A DNA stretch of 64,000 bases from Hemiscyllium ocellatum (lineage: Eukaryota), in contig NC_083450.1 in the NCBI RefSeq assembly GCF_020745735.1, positions 10,723,883 to 10,787,882 of the forward strand. Direction: 5' to 3'. A program made the position numbers and the translations under genes. The first letter of the stretch is position 1. The number at the start of each line of letters is the position of its first letter. The notes beneath the pieces are model-generated. The model saw only the letters and a list, made by a program, of their open reading frames with translations, was not told the origin of the DNA and ran no database searches. Shown here one piece after another: positions 36,700-50,923 of the stretch.

Positions 36700-37850
36700 T
36701 TTTTTAGGATTATACGGCGGTTCAGTCGAAAGACGTCATCTACATGGAATTTACTGAATCTTTTTTCGAGGTTCCGCATGCTAGATTGGTCCAGATTATC
36801 AAATTTAAATTAAACAGAAATGTCTTGGTCACAGAGTAGCAGAGGAGGTGTTTTTTTTCTCTCTCTCTTTCTGAAGTTCTACGATAACTGGCATTCCACA
36901 AGGATCAGCGCTGGGACTGCTACTGTTTGTAATTGATATAAATTATTTGAATGAAAATGTCAGAGGCCTGATTAACAAAGTTGACGATGATATAAAAAAT
37001 AATGGAATGGTAGGTTGAGAGTAAGGATATGAAAGGATATAAATCAGTTGGGTGATTAGGCAGAGAAATAGCAGATGGTCTTTAATCCAGACAAGTGTGA
37101 GGTGATATATTTGGGGAATTCAAGTGCAAAAGGAAAATTTGCTTTAAATTGTTGGACCATTAGGAGCATTGATATGCACGGGAATCTTTAAGTACGTGTC
37201 CATAGCTCCCCGAATTTGGCAAGTCAAGTGGATAAGATGGTTAAAAAAAAGGCACAAGGCATGCTTGCTTTCATCAGTCAAGGTATTGAGTTGAATATTT
37301 GGCAAGTTGGAGTACAACAGTATAAGATTTTGTCAGGCCACACTTGGGGCACTGTGCCCAATTTTTGTGGCTTCACTACAGGAAGGATTTGGAGGCTTTG
37401 GAGAAGGTAAACGTGGGTGAACAGGATTTGCCTAGATTGGAGTCCGTGTAATTTAAGGAGCGGTTGGACAATCTTGGATTGTTTATCTAGAGCTTCAAAC
37501 ACTGATGGATAATCTGATAGAATTACAAAATGTTATGAGGCGCATTGACAGGTCGATAGTCATATCTGTCCCCAGGATAGAAATGTCATAGTTTGCATAG
37601 GTTCAAGGTGAAAGTGCGAAAGATTAAAGGAGAAGTGTAAGTTTCTACATAGAGCGCAGTAAGTGCTTGGAATCACTGCCAGGGACGGTAATAGAAGAAG
37701 ATTCAATAGCAATTTTTAAATGGTGTTTAGACAGATGCATGAACAGGTAGAGAACACAGGGATACTGGACTTGTTCAGCCAAATAGGATTAGTTTAGAAT
37801 ACAATTATGGTCAATGCATACATGCTGATTTGAAGGACCTGTTCTCCACT
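36700..37850 (+). mobile_element. Decayed CR1 RT and 3-prime region
   Basis: gtcatctacatggaatttac (DV.YMDF), MLAFISQGIE. Confidence 0.7.
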
Positions 37851-38144
37851 ATACTTCATTATAAATTCTCAGGAGACATTTGAACATCAGCATATAAACG
37901 TTACAAAACCAGGTAATTTAAAACAAAAACTGGTTCAAACGGAGAGTACAGTGCAGGATGCCAGGAGAAGCTCCTGACATACATGAAAATAAATTATGTC
38001 ACAAGGTGATGATGCAACTAAACATAACGACCTGCATGCCAAGCAACGTAACCAGTAAACAATCCACAGCTAACAGATGACAAGTAATCTCTGTGGTACA
38101 GTAGCATTCAGTCATGTGAGGCAGTGACTAGTGTTTTTAGTAGA

Positions 38145-38435
38145 AAACCCTATACTGTGGAAGTAGGCCCATCGAGTCCTCATCAATCGCCAAAAGAGAG
38201 GTATTGCGCCCAGACCCATCTGCGTACACTATAGCCTTGCATTTCTCATACTTAATCCCCATCCCTGGTTACTATGGTAGCTTAGCATGACCAAGCCACT
38301 TGATCTGCACATCTTTGGACTATAGGCAAAAATAGAGTGACAGTGGAAGTCCACACAGACACGGGGGAATATGCAAACTGTATGCAGATAGTTTGCAAAC
38401 ACTGTGATGTAGCAGTGCTAATCACTAAACAACCC
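38145..38435 (-). mobile_element. HE1-type SINE, decayed
   Basis: Reverse-complement SINE body ending gtgctaatcact. Confidence 0.6.
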
Positions 38436-38559
38436 CGAAAGCCTGATGAGCATCAAAGTGTTCACACGTACAAATATAGATTGACTTGGAGACCGAATAT
38501 TTGATTTGTGGAGTTACTTTAGTGGTAGTGAAAGAAGCATAAATACACTCCTGAAGTAA

Positions 38560-40075
38560 TTCGCATGCAGCAGTAATCTTCGAGTTGGGGTAAGCATTTC
38601 TGGCATCACGTGGTTAGCTTGGAAGCTTGACACATCCTGTCATCGAAGATCTAGCCCAGTGTGTGGAACCAGCGTATTTTTTTCCCCCAGGCAAAGTCAT
38701 TGAAGCAGTTGAAATTTTACAAAAAAATCCTTCTCCTGACAGCTTTAGGAAACTCAGGTTGCTATTCGGTTGACCTCGCCTGAGGCAGCAGATACTGAAA
38801 CCTTTGAAGCATTGACAGATTTAGTTTAGAAATATTACGACCCCGAGTACCTTCTAATTTGGAGCAGCTATTGGATTTACTCAGCCGTCCGAAGACTTTG
38901 GAAGCCATCTCAGGATTTTAGACGAGGTTAGGATGACTAGCAAAGGTATCCGTCGTAGGCTGGCCAGCATTTATTGCCCGTTCATATTCCCATTGACAAG
39001 TTGTTGCTGAGCTGTCTTCTTGAACCACTGTAAAAGGCCTGCTGTGCATTGGCCCACAATGCCATTAGGGTTGGATGCAGAGAGACCATTCGGTATATGG
39101 GAATAATTATGTGACTCTGCAAAACCGCCGAGCAGTTCAGGTAAAACTGGACTTCAAAAAGGAATTAAAACAGGTTTTCACATTGGAGCTAGTGCTGTAT
39201 ATGAATTACAAATTATGCCGATGCAATTGGAGACCTTTGCCAGGCCGACTGAACTTAGGGGACACCTCTTATATGATGGCATTGCACAGTTCAGGACGAC
39301 GCTCTGCCAGCCCACAGCAAAAGTCCCAAACAAAGCCAAGTCTCGGCCATACAGCTACAACTTCCCGGAGGATCTTTGCCAGCAATCTCTTGTAGTTGAT
39401 GCCAATAAAGCAGAACAATACTACGGAATAGGCCTGAATTGACAGCGAGAACTCAGAGACATGTATCCAGGAGAGGCATACCGTGGAATGGCCACATACA
39501 ACTGTCTTGGAGTTGTTAATTTGGTTACCAACGTTCAAATCTGAATCATTTAAAATAAATGTCTGTTTAATCAGTCACCTGGTTCAAATTGTGGTTGATA
39601 ATGGCGTGGCTGCACAAGTGGTTACAGATCAAGTCTTTAACAAACTTCGCTCTGGACTACACCTCTAAGGTTTGCATAAGACTTCAATACCTGCTGCCGC
39701 TGAATGCTTACTTCGTGTGACTTGTCGACAAGGACACAGCTGGACTGAAAACTGAAACTGGGGAACGCTTATAGATTGATGGTATAACTTTGGTTCTGGT
39801 CTCACGTCAGAAGCAATTGGTTCAGTTAACATTGATTATAGAAATAAGCTAAGGCCCAACTGTTATGGGGTGAAATTGGTTGAGAAAGATTCATCTTGAT
39901 TGGTTCAAAACTTTTCAATTTAAAAATATCCGCCTGAGTGAAGTTTGAATTAAGTACCTGGAGTATTTTTAGGATAGTCTGGGGACTATCAAAGTAGTCA
40001 GGCCTCCTTGTGTATTGATCAGCGATAAATTCCTTGACTTTGGAAGGCCTACTCAGTGTCATTTACAGATATATA
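38560..40075 (+). mobile_element. Gypsy-type LTR retrotransposon remnant (gag and protease)
   Basis: Protease-like VQIVVDNGVAAQVV; GPTVMG*NWLRKIHLDW. Confidence 0.6.
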
Positions 40076-41879
40076 CGAGAGTGTCAAAGGTGCTGTTCAT
40101 TCTGAGAGTGGGCTGTGAGGACGCTGGACCTGTGTAAAATGTTATGCACAAGTACATAAAATGTGACTTGGTAACGGAATACTAGCCTTTGTGGTATAAT
40201 TTTGGCAAGCATACTGCACTCTCTACCTTATCTAAAACCTTATGCTTTGTTACTTCACCAACCAACTAACGAACATTTTACATTTCATGGCATTTCTTCC
40301 CTCCATAAGTTCTTATGAAGGGTCAACTCAGATTCGAAACATTAACTCTGTTCCTTAATAAATAATATTCCCAGACTAGATGACTGTTTCTCGATATTTC
40401 CGAAACTCTTATGGTTATGGAACATCATATCCCCTCGACATTATCCAGTGTGTAGCAATAGCAGGTTTCTCTGTTCTTCTCTCATTTTTCTTCTCATTGT
40501 CTTTTGTCTGCTCATTTCGGCATTGCACCCTCGCTCATCTCTATTCCTTCATGTTATATGCATTAAATAATAAAAATTAAACAATTCTAGATTATTGTTT
40601 TCATTAATATTCATTGTGGATTGGTACAAATCTTGACATGCACAGAGGACGTATATATTTAAACCGATTCAAATTAGACTATGTTCCTTCCCTAAAATAT
40701 GCGTATGCACATTCACTTTTCTTTACAAACTTTCTGTAGGCATGTTTGAATAAAGTAATGTATAGCTTTATTGAGACCTATTCATAGAAAATGAACAGCA
40801 GGCATTCCAGTTTAAATTTGCAGACTTTAAGTTTTTGTAATTACCAAAGCTCATGCTATCACAAAATACGATACTGGGAATATGTGGAAATATGATGTTG
40901 CTTCTTGTATTGATATGAACCTTACTTTATTTTCTTTTTACCACTCCCAGTCTTGTATTTTCTTTATTTTATATTTACCCATCTAATTGGTAACGTCATT
41001 GCTCCATCACCATGCATACTAAACCTTGCCTCCTGATGTCTTCACTTTCATCTCTATCCGGTTCCGATCTTTGCTCGCATTTACATTCTCTTTCTCCGCT
41101 CAATTCTTATGAGAGTTTCTTATTGTTTTGTCAAATTTCAATATTATTAGAACATTGCCTTGCATTTTCCCCTCCAACTTAACACAACATTAATTGTAAT
41201 GCTCTGAATCACTTCGTTCATTTCAGTCTTTCTCACACATTCACAGTAGAATTTTCAACCCAACGTTAATTGTTTTCACATTCTGGACCATTTTCATCAT
41301 GCAAACTGCGATATCTGAGCCGGAGGTAATCGACAGTTATTGGCACTACAATTTGGGACATAAGCAAATGACTTAGAATGAGTGTGCTCTTCAAAAATTA
41401 CTTCAGACCAATATGGATCCATTACATTTTGAATCAACACAATGTGCAACAAAGAGCTTTAGAATCAATTAAATACATATTGTTCTATCTTCACAAAGGT
41501 AAACAAAAATAAATCGGGAAACTGTAGAGAATTCAGGGTCAAGTGAGATAGGAATTGAAGGAAATAATTATCCACAAAGGAAATATTGGATTAAAGATCA
41601 CCAACTCACCAGGAGCAGGTCACGTACATTCCAGAAAACATAAAGAAATGTAACTAAAAGAGTCAAGCATTGGCGGTTACGTTTCAAAACGTTACAGAAA
41701 ACTCAATAAAGGCCGATATCCCATCACCAAGTCACCCATTATTTTTACGTGAAAAGTTCTTGACAGCTCCTTTAGCATCAGTTCTCAGGCTGCCAGTATG
41801 TCTGACACAGTTTTTTTAAAAAATATCTGTCATCTAGGGTTCCTTAATTGGACCAGATTAAGGGAGCTCAGGTTTTCTG

Positions 41880-43480
41880 AACTCCACTTGGCTGACCTCA
41901 TTACAGTCACTGCCATATTAATTCAGAAAGAGTTCCTCTGGATTGAAGGGTAAATAATGTAACACCATTGTTGAAAAGGAGGTAGGGAGCACTCAAAGGA
42001 CGATATACCTGTTAGCCTCACATCAGTAGTGAGAAAATTATAAAATATGTAATAGGAGAGCACGTAGAAAGCAGTGTGAAGATCGAACAGATTCAGCATA
42101 GATTGAAATCATGCTTCACAAATGGATTGAAATTGTACTAAGATGCAAAGAGTAGAGATGATAAGGGGAAGCCCATGGATGTAATTTATTTGAATTTTCT
42201 GATGGCTGTTGATAAGTTCTAACATAAGAAATTTGCTTATAAACTTAAAGCATATGCAATTGGGGCAGTGTATGTATCTGTGTAAAGACTGGTTGGCAGT
42301 CAGAAAACAAAATATAGCAACAAATCGGTTTTTTTCCAAGCGGCCGCAATTGATTACTGGGGCACAGCAATGTTTAGAGCTTCGACCTCCGCTATGCACA
42401 ATACATACCAATGAGATGTTGAGAAAGTACATGTCATAGATACAAGTATGCTGGAGATAAAACACTAGATTAGAACATAAACTCTCAGGAGGATGAAGAT
42501 ATTCTTCCGTGTGAGTTAGACAAGTTCACTGAGTGATAAAATGCCTAACAGATGAAATAAAGAAAGAGGCCACCATTACCCGACTGAACCAAACGGCTGC
42601 TTTATCTTTGGAGAAGGACAGTAATGGATAATGGCATAACGAGAGGGTCACCTCATCTCAAGCAAGGAGAAATGTTGAGAAGAAGAGTGCTCATGGTAAC
42701 CTCAACTTGTGTAAGAATTGAGGCCATGCTGTTGATACCACTCTGTCTCACAAACCAGCCAATTGACCTAACTGACCCATTGCATTTAAATATATCATGG
42801 ATAAATGAGAGATCATCCATTTTTGCAAGGAAAAACGGGAAGGTGGTTTATGGCAATCATTTTAGGAATGAAGGAGTGCCAAAAGGCTGTGTCCTTGTAC
42901 ACAACTCACACGAAGTAAGCATTAAGCGGCAGTAGGTATTGAAGAAGGCAAGTCATAGCGAGAGGAATGAATATGGGAACAGGTATGCCTCACTGCAATG
43001 ATGAGATCGCATCTGGAGTATTGTGTACATGTTTGGTCTGCTTATCTGATAATGATTTCTGGCGAGAGAGGGAATGCAATGAAGGCTTACCAGATTGTGA
43101 TGGCAGGTCTGATGCATAAATAGATTCAATCAGTTAGGGCAATTCGGATAGGTGTGATGATAGATCTCTTTAAAAAAATCAAACAAACTCGAACAGGACG
43201 AGACAGATAAACTTAGAAAGTATGTCCTCAGTATTCGGGGAGTCAAGAACCAGGAGTGACAATCTCTGGACATTGGAAGGCCATTTTTTAACATAGGTGA
43301 GGAGCATTGTTTTTCATCCTGAGAGTAGTGTGCCTATGGAGTTCTTTGCCACGGATGTAGTTGATGCCACAATATTTTCAAGATGAAGATGAATATATTT
43401 CTCCGGGCTACGGCAATTCAGAGGTTGTTAGTGAAATTAATAACAATCGACAGTGTAGGATGATGAGGCACTATCATGTT
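41880..43480 (+). mobile_element. Decayed CR1 RT fragments
   Basis: YIPVSLTSVVRK, MDVIYLNF..AVDKV, LEYCV.VW. Confidence 0.65.
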
Positions 43481-43738
43481 GAATGGTGTATCAGATTCGG
43501 AGGGCTGAAGCCTGACTCCTACTCGTAATTATTCTATTTTTCTATGTTAAAATCATTACTCCTTCTGCATTTTTCCAGAAGAGATTCACATGGCAAATGG
43601 CAGGTGAGACAGATCTAATTGCATGTCTGACCAATATATTTAAAAACAGCGTCTTATTCTCCGAGGGGAAAAATTTTTTTCTTCCAGTCAGCTCTGAGGC
43701 CATCTTTCAGCAGCTAGCAATAATGAAGTTGCACTTAC

Positions 43739-43868
43739 CTTTTCGATCTGAACTCACAATGCAATGTTAATTCTGGCATTCATGTGTTCAAAAGGGACAC
43801 GGGCCTGGGCATGTACAATGGAGTTGAAATCAGGCAGAACACGGTGACTCCAATGAGTATATCTACAA
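43739..43868 (-). pseudogene. Orphan TM-like pseudo-exon, 130 nt
   Basis: Acceptor tatttttccag|, donor AAG|gtaagt. The phase-1 frame reads VVDILIGVTVFCLISTPLY...NT*MPELTLHCEFRSK with one in-frame stop. Confidence 0.25.
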
Positions 43869-44179
43869 CTGGAAAAATAAATAATAACAAATTTTATTCT
43901 GTGCAAAGAAAAAGCCTTGAAGGTCAGCCTTTATGTTCGAGCACTGGCCATTGGCGAAACAGACTGAGTCCATCAGGACCTATGACTGACATCAGTTATG
44001 ACAGGTCAAAACAATGTCTCTATTGTGAACCTCATGCAGAATGTGTAATTCCCACTCAATCCAATAAAATGAGACCAGGTCAATCTCACGATATTGCTAA
44101 TATGAGCGTCAGGAGTACAGATATAAGTCATTGTGCTGGTATTAATTCCTTTGGCGATCACTGACCACATATAACCCAG

Positions 44180-45830
44180 GAAGCGAAGGCCAACACCAAA
44201 TAGTGATTAGGAATGAGAATTAATCAGTCAAGAAATGCATCCTATCGAAAGAAAATGTGTAAACATGATTTGAATGTAAATATAGGAGCAATGATCACGA
44301 ATTTTGAAGATGACACCAAATTTGTTGGTGTAGTGGGAAGCGAAGAAAGTTATCCATAAGTACAACGGGAGAGTGATTAAATGGGCTTATGTTTTGAGAA
44401 GTGGCAGATGGAGTTAAATTCATATAAATTGAACGTGCTGCATTTTGGAATGACAAACCAGAGCAGAACTTATACGCTTCATCACAATGTACTAGGAAGT
44501 GTTGCCAAATGAAGGGAACTGGGGTGCAGGTTCACAATTCCTTAAAGGTCGAGTCGAAGGGAGACAGACAAATAAAGAAGGTGTTTGTTACGTTTACATT
44601 TATTGGTCACCGAATTGAGTACAGAGTTGGGAGATCATGTTGCAGCTGCACAGGGCATGGATTATGCCACTTTTGGAATATTGCATTCATTCTGTTCTCT
44701 CTGCTACAAGAAAGATGACTGTTTTGAGAAATGATTGGCAGCAATTTTGCCATAGTTGGAGGTTGTGCCTTATTGATAGATGCTGAATAGTTTGGGTCTA
44801 CTTTCCCTGGAGTGTCGTAGGCTGAGGGGTGATCTTATGGATGTTTAAAATGAGACACATGGCTGGGGAAATAGACAAGGTCTTTTCACTGGAGTAGCTG
44901 AGGCCAAAACTAGATGACACATGTTCAAGGTGAGAGGAGTAACACTTAAAAGAGACTTAAGGAACAGCGTCTTCATACGGAGGGTACCGCATGAAGTAAT
45001 AGAAGCTCGTTCAATTACAACATTTAAAACGAGCTGGATGGGTATAAAGATGGGAAGGGTTTAGAAAGATATGGGCTGAATGCACAATTGGAACTGAACG
45101 TTCTGGATCTATGGTATACGTCTTTATGACTCGTTGTGAGCTGTTCCGTTTTGAGAGATCAAATGCGAGAGGAAGATATGCAGTAAATTTCAGGACAAAA
45201 TGATCTTAAGGTTCAAGTCCATAGCTCCCTGCAAGTTGCAAAGCAAGTGGATAGGGTCATTTAGAAACGACACAGCATGCTTGCCTTCATCGATCGATGT
45301 AATGAGCATAAATGTTCGAACTCATAACACAATTGTAAGGGAATTTACAGAGACTATATTTTAGATTATTGTGTGCAGTTCTGATGACCAATCTACTGGA
45401 AGGGTGTGGAGGCTCTGGGGAGTGACTAAAAGAAATTTAGCAGGATGGTGCCTGGATTGATGCCTATTAGTTATAACAACAGGTTAACCAAACCTTGAAT
45501 GTTTTGCAGGAGCGTCACAGGATGATGGGTTACACATTAGAAATATATAAAACTAACAGGGGCATTGATACGATAGAGATTCTACATCTCTTTCCCAGTG
45601 TGAAAATGTCACAGGTTTGAAGTGGATGGAGAAAGTTTAAAGGAGATGTGCGAGAAAATGTTGTTTTATACAGAAGGCAGTAGATGCCTGCAATGCGCTG
45701 GCAGGCGAGACGGTAGAAGCAGGTATGAATGCAAAGTTTAAGAGGCATTAAGACAGATACATGAATAAATGAGGAAAACAGGAATATGAGCCTTGTGCAA
45801 CAGATTGGATTAATTTTGCATCACAGTCAC
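44180..45830 (+). mobile_element. Two decayed CR1 3-prime fragments
   Basis: FEDDTK, gtgcaggttcacaattcc, LDYCVQF and 3-prime tails. Confidence 0.7.
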
Positions 45831-45899
45831 TGCAGATATAATGGGGTAAAGGGTCTGTTCCTGTGCTGTACCGTTTATGCACGATGCAAAAGTCCAATA

Positions 45900-46790
45900 G
45901 GTTTATTTGAAATCGCAAGCGTTTTGTGCGAAGTTCCTTCATTAGGTGAAATAACTCACCAGGAACTTCACCCATTTCCTCTGTTTCCATGCATAAATGC
46001 ACCCATACCCTAACTGGCCCTACTTTTTATCCCTGGATTCTCTCTTGCTCCCGATATACATTTAAAATGGCTTTGAATTATCCGTATTCCCACTTGGCAA
46101 GTACATGCTATGGTGCCTCCCAGCGTTCCTATTTCCTTATTTAAGTTATTTCTGATTACTTTATATTTCTCAAGGGCCTTGACTGAGTGTTGTTTCCTGT
46201 ACATTATGTCATTTTCACTTGTCTTTTTCACTAAAATCTCTTGTTATCCAAGGTTCACAATCTTGCCTTTCACATCTTTCATCCTCACAGGAACATGCTG
46301 GTCTTGCGGTCTGGTCAGGCAGTTTTAAAGCACCCCCAAAGTCTGGAGGTGTTTTTTTCCCTTCAAACAGCTGTCACCAAACCATTTTTTACACTTCCTG
46401 CTTAATACTATTGTCGTTCGCCTTCCCCGAATTTACTGTTTCCACCCAAATACCAGTTTCATGCGTTTCCATAATTATCTGGATACTTTAATTTTCGTCA
46501 CTGTTTCCAACATTCTCCTGCATTGAAACTTTGATCACCTGGCCAAGCTTATCTCCCAATACAAAAGCTAATATAGCCACTTCCCCAGTTGGATTATCTA
46601 CAAATTGTTTCAAGAATTTCTCCTGGGTGCACCTCACAAATTCTGCCCCATCTAAAACCCTGGCACAAGGGTGTCCCAGTGAATAAAATCACCCAATTCT
46701 GCAATTTATGCATCTTTTCACGATCTACTTCCATATCTCCTCATCTAATAGCCATTAACTGTGGGGAGATCTTTTGTACACATAGCATAG
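45900..46790 (-). mobile_element. Decayed CR1 endonuclease region
   Basis: Reverse complement resembles the CR1 ORF2 N-terminal half. Confidence 0.6.
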
Positions 46791-46894
46791 CATGAAGCAG
46801 AAGTCATTTTTGAAGTTTTGAATCATTTGACCTTTCATCATTTAATTAGATAACAACATAGAGTGAAAGGATATTTAATCATCTTCTCGAGAAT

Positions 46895-47150
46895 GGATTG
46901 ATAGCATTTTTTGTTTCATGCGGAGGGTGGTAGATATATGGAATGAGCTGCCAGAGGAATTGGTGGAGGCTAGTATAATTGCAATACTTAAAGGCATCGG
47001 GATGGGTGTATGAATAGGAAGGATTTGGAAGAATATGGACAGGTTACTGGCAAGTAGGACGAGATTAGTTTGGGATGTCTGGTCGGCATGTACGAGTTGA
47101 ACCGAAGAGTCTGTTTCCATACTATACATCTCCACGAATTTATGACTCTA
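46895..47150 (+). mobile_element. CR1 3-prime end
   Basis: ggagggtggtagatatatggaatgagctgccagagg...tatgactctat. Confidence 0.8.
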
Positions 47151-47396
47151 TAACTGCTCTTTGAATTTAGTCTGGGGCACAGTTTATAGTTTGTGCAACA
47201 ACTCAGGACTTAGAGTATGAACCTTAGTTCCTGTAAACATTGAGGTAGGTGTACATTATAATTTTTAAAAAGGTGCACTTGTTTCCATATTAAATATAAC
47301 ATTAGTACAGCCTATACAAAAATGAAATTCCAGGAGTTGAGAAAAACAATTGCAAAAATACTGTGTATCTTTCTGTTTTCCTTCTCTGTGTCACAG

Positions 47397-47504
47397 GGGT
47401 TCATGATGTGTCCATGGAATGTCACTCGAGCTTTACTCGTCAACAAAAATACGTCTGATGCTCAAAATATTGAGCAGCAAAATCAGAATAAATGCAATCC
47501 TGTG
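47397..47504 (+). other. Orphan exon-like segment, 108 nt
   Basis: Long pyrimidine tract ending cacag|, donor GTG|gtaaga. Only the phase 0-0 frame is open (GFMMCPWNVTRALLVNKNTSDAQNIEQQNQNKCNPV). Confidence 0.3.
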
Positions 47505-48584
47505 GTAAGAGAAGAAACTCAATTGTTGCCTATTCCAGTGAACATTTGACAGCCCATGTCACAATACAAAACCATGGATCGTTATTCAGCATATATTGAT
47601 AAGTGATTATAAAAACCAGATAACGTTCTTCATGCATTTCAATACAGTCACCATTCTGAGACATTTAGCGACTGTTTTTATGTTTTAATTTCTGACATAA
47701 AATGGCTACAAATCGATCATATGTGAATGTGAACCACACAGAATAATCTGTGGCTGCATGTAGCAGGCCAGAATGTACATTGCACGTACAGAATAACATG
47801 ATGAAAATAAACTCTTCATAATAAACAATTAAAATATGCCTCAATATCTAGTCAAGGGTAATGACAAATAGATCTGCCGTTGCCTTGTCAACCACATAGA
47901 GAATGGCACATCTGGAGAGACTGTAGTGGCCTTGAGACTGGATATAATCATTACTAAATTAACTGGGAAGAAGAGAATTTCAGATGAGAATTATACACCA
48001 GGTAGGAAGCAAAATTATTTCTTTAAGGCTGAAATGCAAGTGTAATATTGCATTTGTTGAAATCAAGATTGGTTGTAATCCATTAGTCCCATTACACTCT
48101 ATCGCTCCCTGGCGCAACATCTTTGTAATTGCAAATTATTTGACTTCTGACCTTCGCTTATTGATTTCAATTATAACTCCAAACAAATTCCAATTTTACC
48201 TTTACATCTGCTGGGATTCTATCTGAAAGCTAAGTGGGCCAGCTGGTCTTTGTGTATTCTAAAAAGCTAAAAATTAACCAGTATAGTATGACGAGACATT
48301 TCAACCTGTGTTTACACAATCCTGAAAATTTAATGATCACTGGATTTGGGGAAGAAAATTTTCAAAAGTGCTTTTTGCTCTTTCCTGTCATTTTCATTCT
48401 GCAGGATTTGTTTCGTTTTCATTTTTAGGAGAAAATATTCTCTCAGTGGTTAATGTTCATGCCAGTTACGTACACAGTGCAATCTGTCTGCTGGTCAAAG
48501 GAATCAAATTTATGAAAACAAATTCATAACGAAATGGAGTAATAATTTCGAGAACAGAAAGAGCAGTTTGTAGAATGGGAACAC

Positions 48585-48835
48585 TACACTGTGGATGCAA
48601 GCCATTCATACAATTAATTTCACATCGACCCTCCAAAGAGCATCACAACCAGCCGCTACATATCCCTGCATTCGTTCTAGTTAATCCATCTAACCTACAC
48701 ATCATTGCACTGACAGGCGAAAACCCCTACACACGGGGAGAATGTGCAAACTCATGACCTGAGTCTGGAAATGAACCTAGGTCCTTAGTGCTGTAAGGAA
48801 GCAATGCGACCCTCTGAGCCACCATGCTGCCCAGT
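48585..48835 (-). mobile_element. HE1-type SINE
   Basis: cacacggggagaatgtgcaaactc...gagccaccatgctgccc. Confidence 0.7.
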
Positions 48836-50138
48836 TAAATGTCACGGTTCCAATATGTGAAATATTCTGGACACCCATTTTCACCAATGCTAACTCATGC
48901 AGAGAAAGGCAATTTCAAAGCTTAGATCAGATCAATAATCATGCTACTGTGTAGATAAATGGCTTGAGTTTTACAGTGGTCTACTCCAGCTCGTGATTAG
49001 TCTGTCTACATGTAGGTAAGCCTGAAGTTATTCACTCTGGTAAAAAAAATGACGAGACGGATTTGACTTCAACTGTGAGAAATTGAGAAATGCATATGTC
49101 GAGGGGAACTTGATCGTCTTTGTTCACGAATCATTCAAGCATCAAGGAGCTCCAAGTAATTACAAAGGAAAATACTTTGTTGGGCATCACCTCACAATAG
49201 TTTTAATACAGATGGAAATTTGTCTTTCAGGAGCTAGTTTTACATTGGTGAGACTTCAGCTAATGTTTTGTGTACACTTTATACATCTTATCTAAGCACA
49301 AAAAAAACACCGTTGGATTGGAACAAAGGTTCACCAGATTTGTCCCTGGACTGGTGCAATGGCCATTACATTACAAACAGGCAGTGTCAAGCAGTCTTCA
49401 TACCAGATATCTCTAAATGTGCTCCCTGATAACTTTCTACATTTCCTTCATAGAGACTTCACTGGCGATCTCTGACATCCCATTCTCATGGAAGCATGGG
49501 GTGTTAACTTCAGTTGCCCTCCACCACTTAAGTTTATGTTGGCAGATTCATAACACTTCGTGCCCACTTTAATTTCAAGAACTGGCGCTATATTGTTTTC
49601 AGTTGCACTGTTTAATGAATAGCAACATTTGCCACCATGTTTTGTAGTTCACTGCAGGTTTAATTTAAATAGTGGTGGTTGTCTGATAATGCTGGATGCT
49701 AACATTAGTTTTAATGTTACTGTTTCAGATTTCGAGCATTTAGGGTGTTTTGCTCTTCTGCTACTACTCAGCTTATATTGTCGAACCTTGTTGTACCAAT
49801 GACATTATATGACTGCGAAGTTTCAACAGCCCTATGCATCTGTTAAGCACGCAAGACTGTCTCTTCCTGCTTTTTTCTCTTGGTATTCAGAACTTGCTGT
49901 ATTCAGCAACTGTTGTAGCAAAATGTTTGTATTGATAAAAAGAAGTTAATATTGATTGAAAAGCAATGATGCCAACATAGAACCTAATGAAACACGTTTC
50001 TATTATACTGTTAAGAATCATAGTCCATGAGCATGTTTTGGTTTTCCCTGATCATTTCCATCTCATTTCCACACAGAAACTTACGGAAAATGCATAGGGG
50101 TTGGTCATTCAGCCCTTTGCTGAAAGCTCTGTCACTCT

Positions 50139-50430
50139 GGGCGGCATGGTGGCACAGTGGTTAGCACTGCTGCTTCACAGCACCAGAGACCTGGGTTCAA
50201 TTCCTGCCTCAGGTGACTGTCTGTGTGGAGTTTGCACGTTCTCCCCGTGTCTGCTTGGGTTCCCTCTCGGTGCTCCTGTTTCCTCCCACAGTCCAAAGAT
50301 GTGCAGGTCAGGTGAATTGGCCATGCTAAATTGCCCGTCGTGTTAGGTAATGGGGGAATGGGAGGGTTGTGCTTTGGCGGGTCGGTGTGGACTTGTTGGG
50401 CCGAAGGCCTGTTTCCACACTATAAGTAAT
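50139..50430 (+). mobile_element. HE1-type SINE, near full length
   Basis: gggcggcatggTGGCACAGTGGttagc (A box) and GGTTCAATTCC (B box), CR1-like 3-prime tail. Confidence 0.9.
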
Positions 50431-50792
50431 CAATAACGTAATGATTGATCTGGGTGTAACAATAACCCGTGGCAAAATTGCAACACAGTATTAACCAGAC
50501 TCTATCTGCTGTTGTCTTTAAATAATGTTCAAATACTTCTCTCCCATTACTTTTTCTGCAAGAGATTGCAAAATGTAACTCAAATCTCAGAGAGAGAGAG
50601 TGGAAAACTAACTAATCTCTGCGTTAATTGGTTAATCCTTAAGTTTCAATTAATTCTCCCTAGTTTCACATTCTTCCATGAAATGAAACATCTTCTCAAC
50701 ACGTAATCTGCCAAGAAAGGGCATAACCTTCAAGGTTTCTGACACGTCACCTCCTTCTCTTCTAAATTTCAAAGCATACAAACACCCTTTCT

Positions 50793-50923
50793 TCATAATA
50801 CCACAACGTTGTCATTGCCTCGTTTAGTCTGATTGGTTTCCTCGCAACTGCCTCTAACATATCCTTCCTTAGAAAATGTGGTCATTTGTGCATACACTAT
50901 GTCATAAGTGATCTCACTGTGAC
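50793..50923 (-). other. Candidate terminal cytoplasmic exon with ITIM (ITYDIV) and ITIM-like IVYAQM
   Basis: Acceptor cagttttacag|. Phase-1 frame is open: (G/S)HSEITYDIVYAQMTTFSKEGYVRGSCEETNQTKRGNDNVVVL*. Confidence 0.45.
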
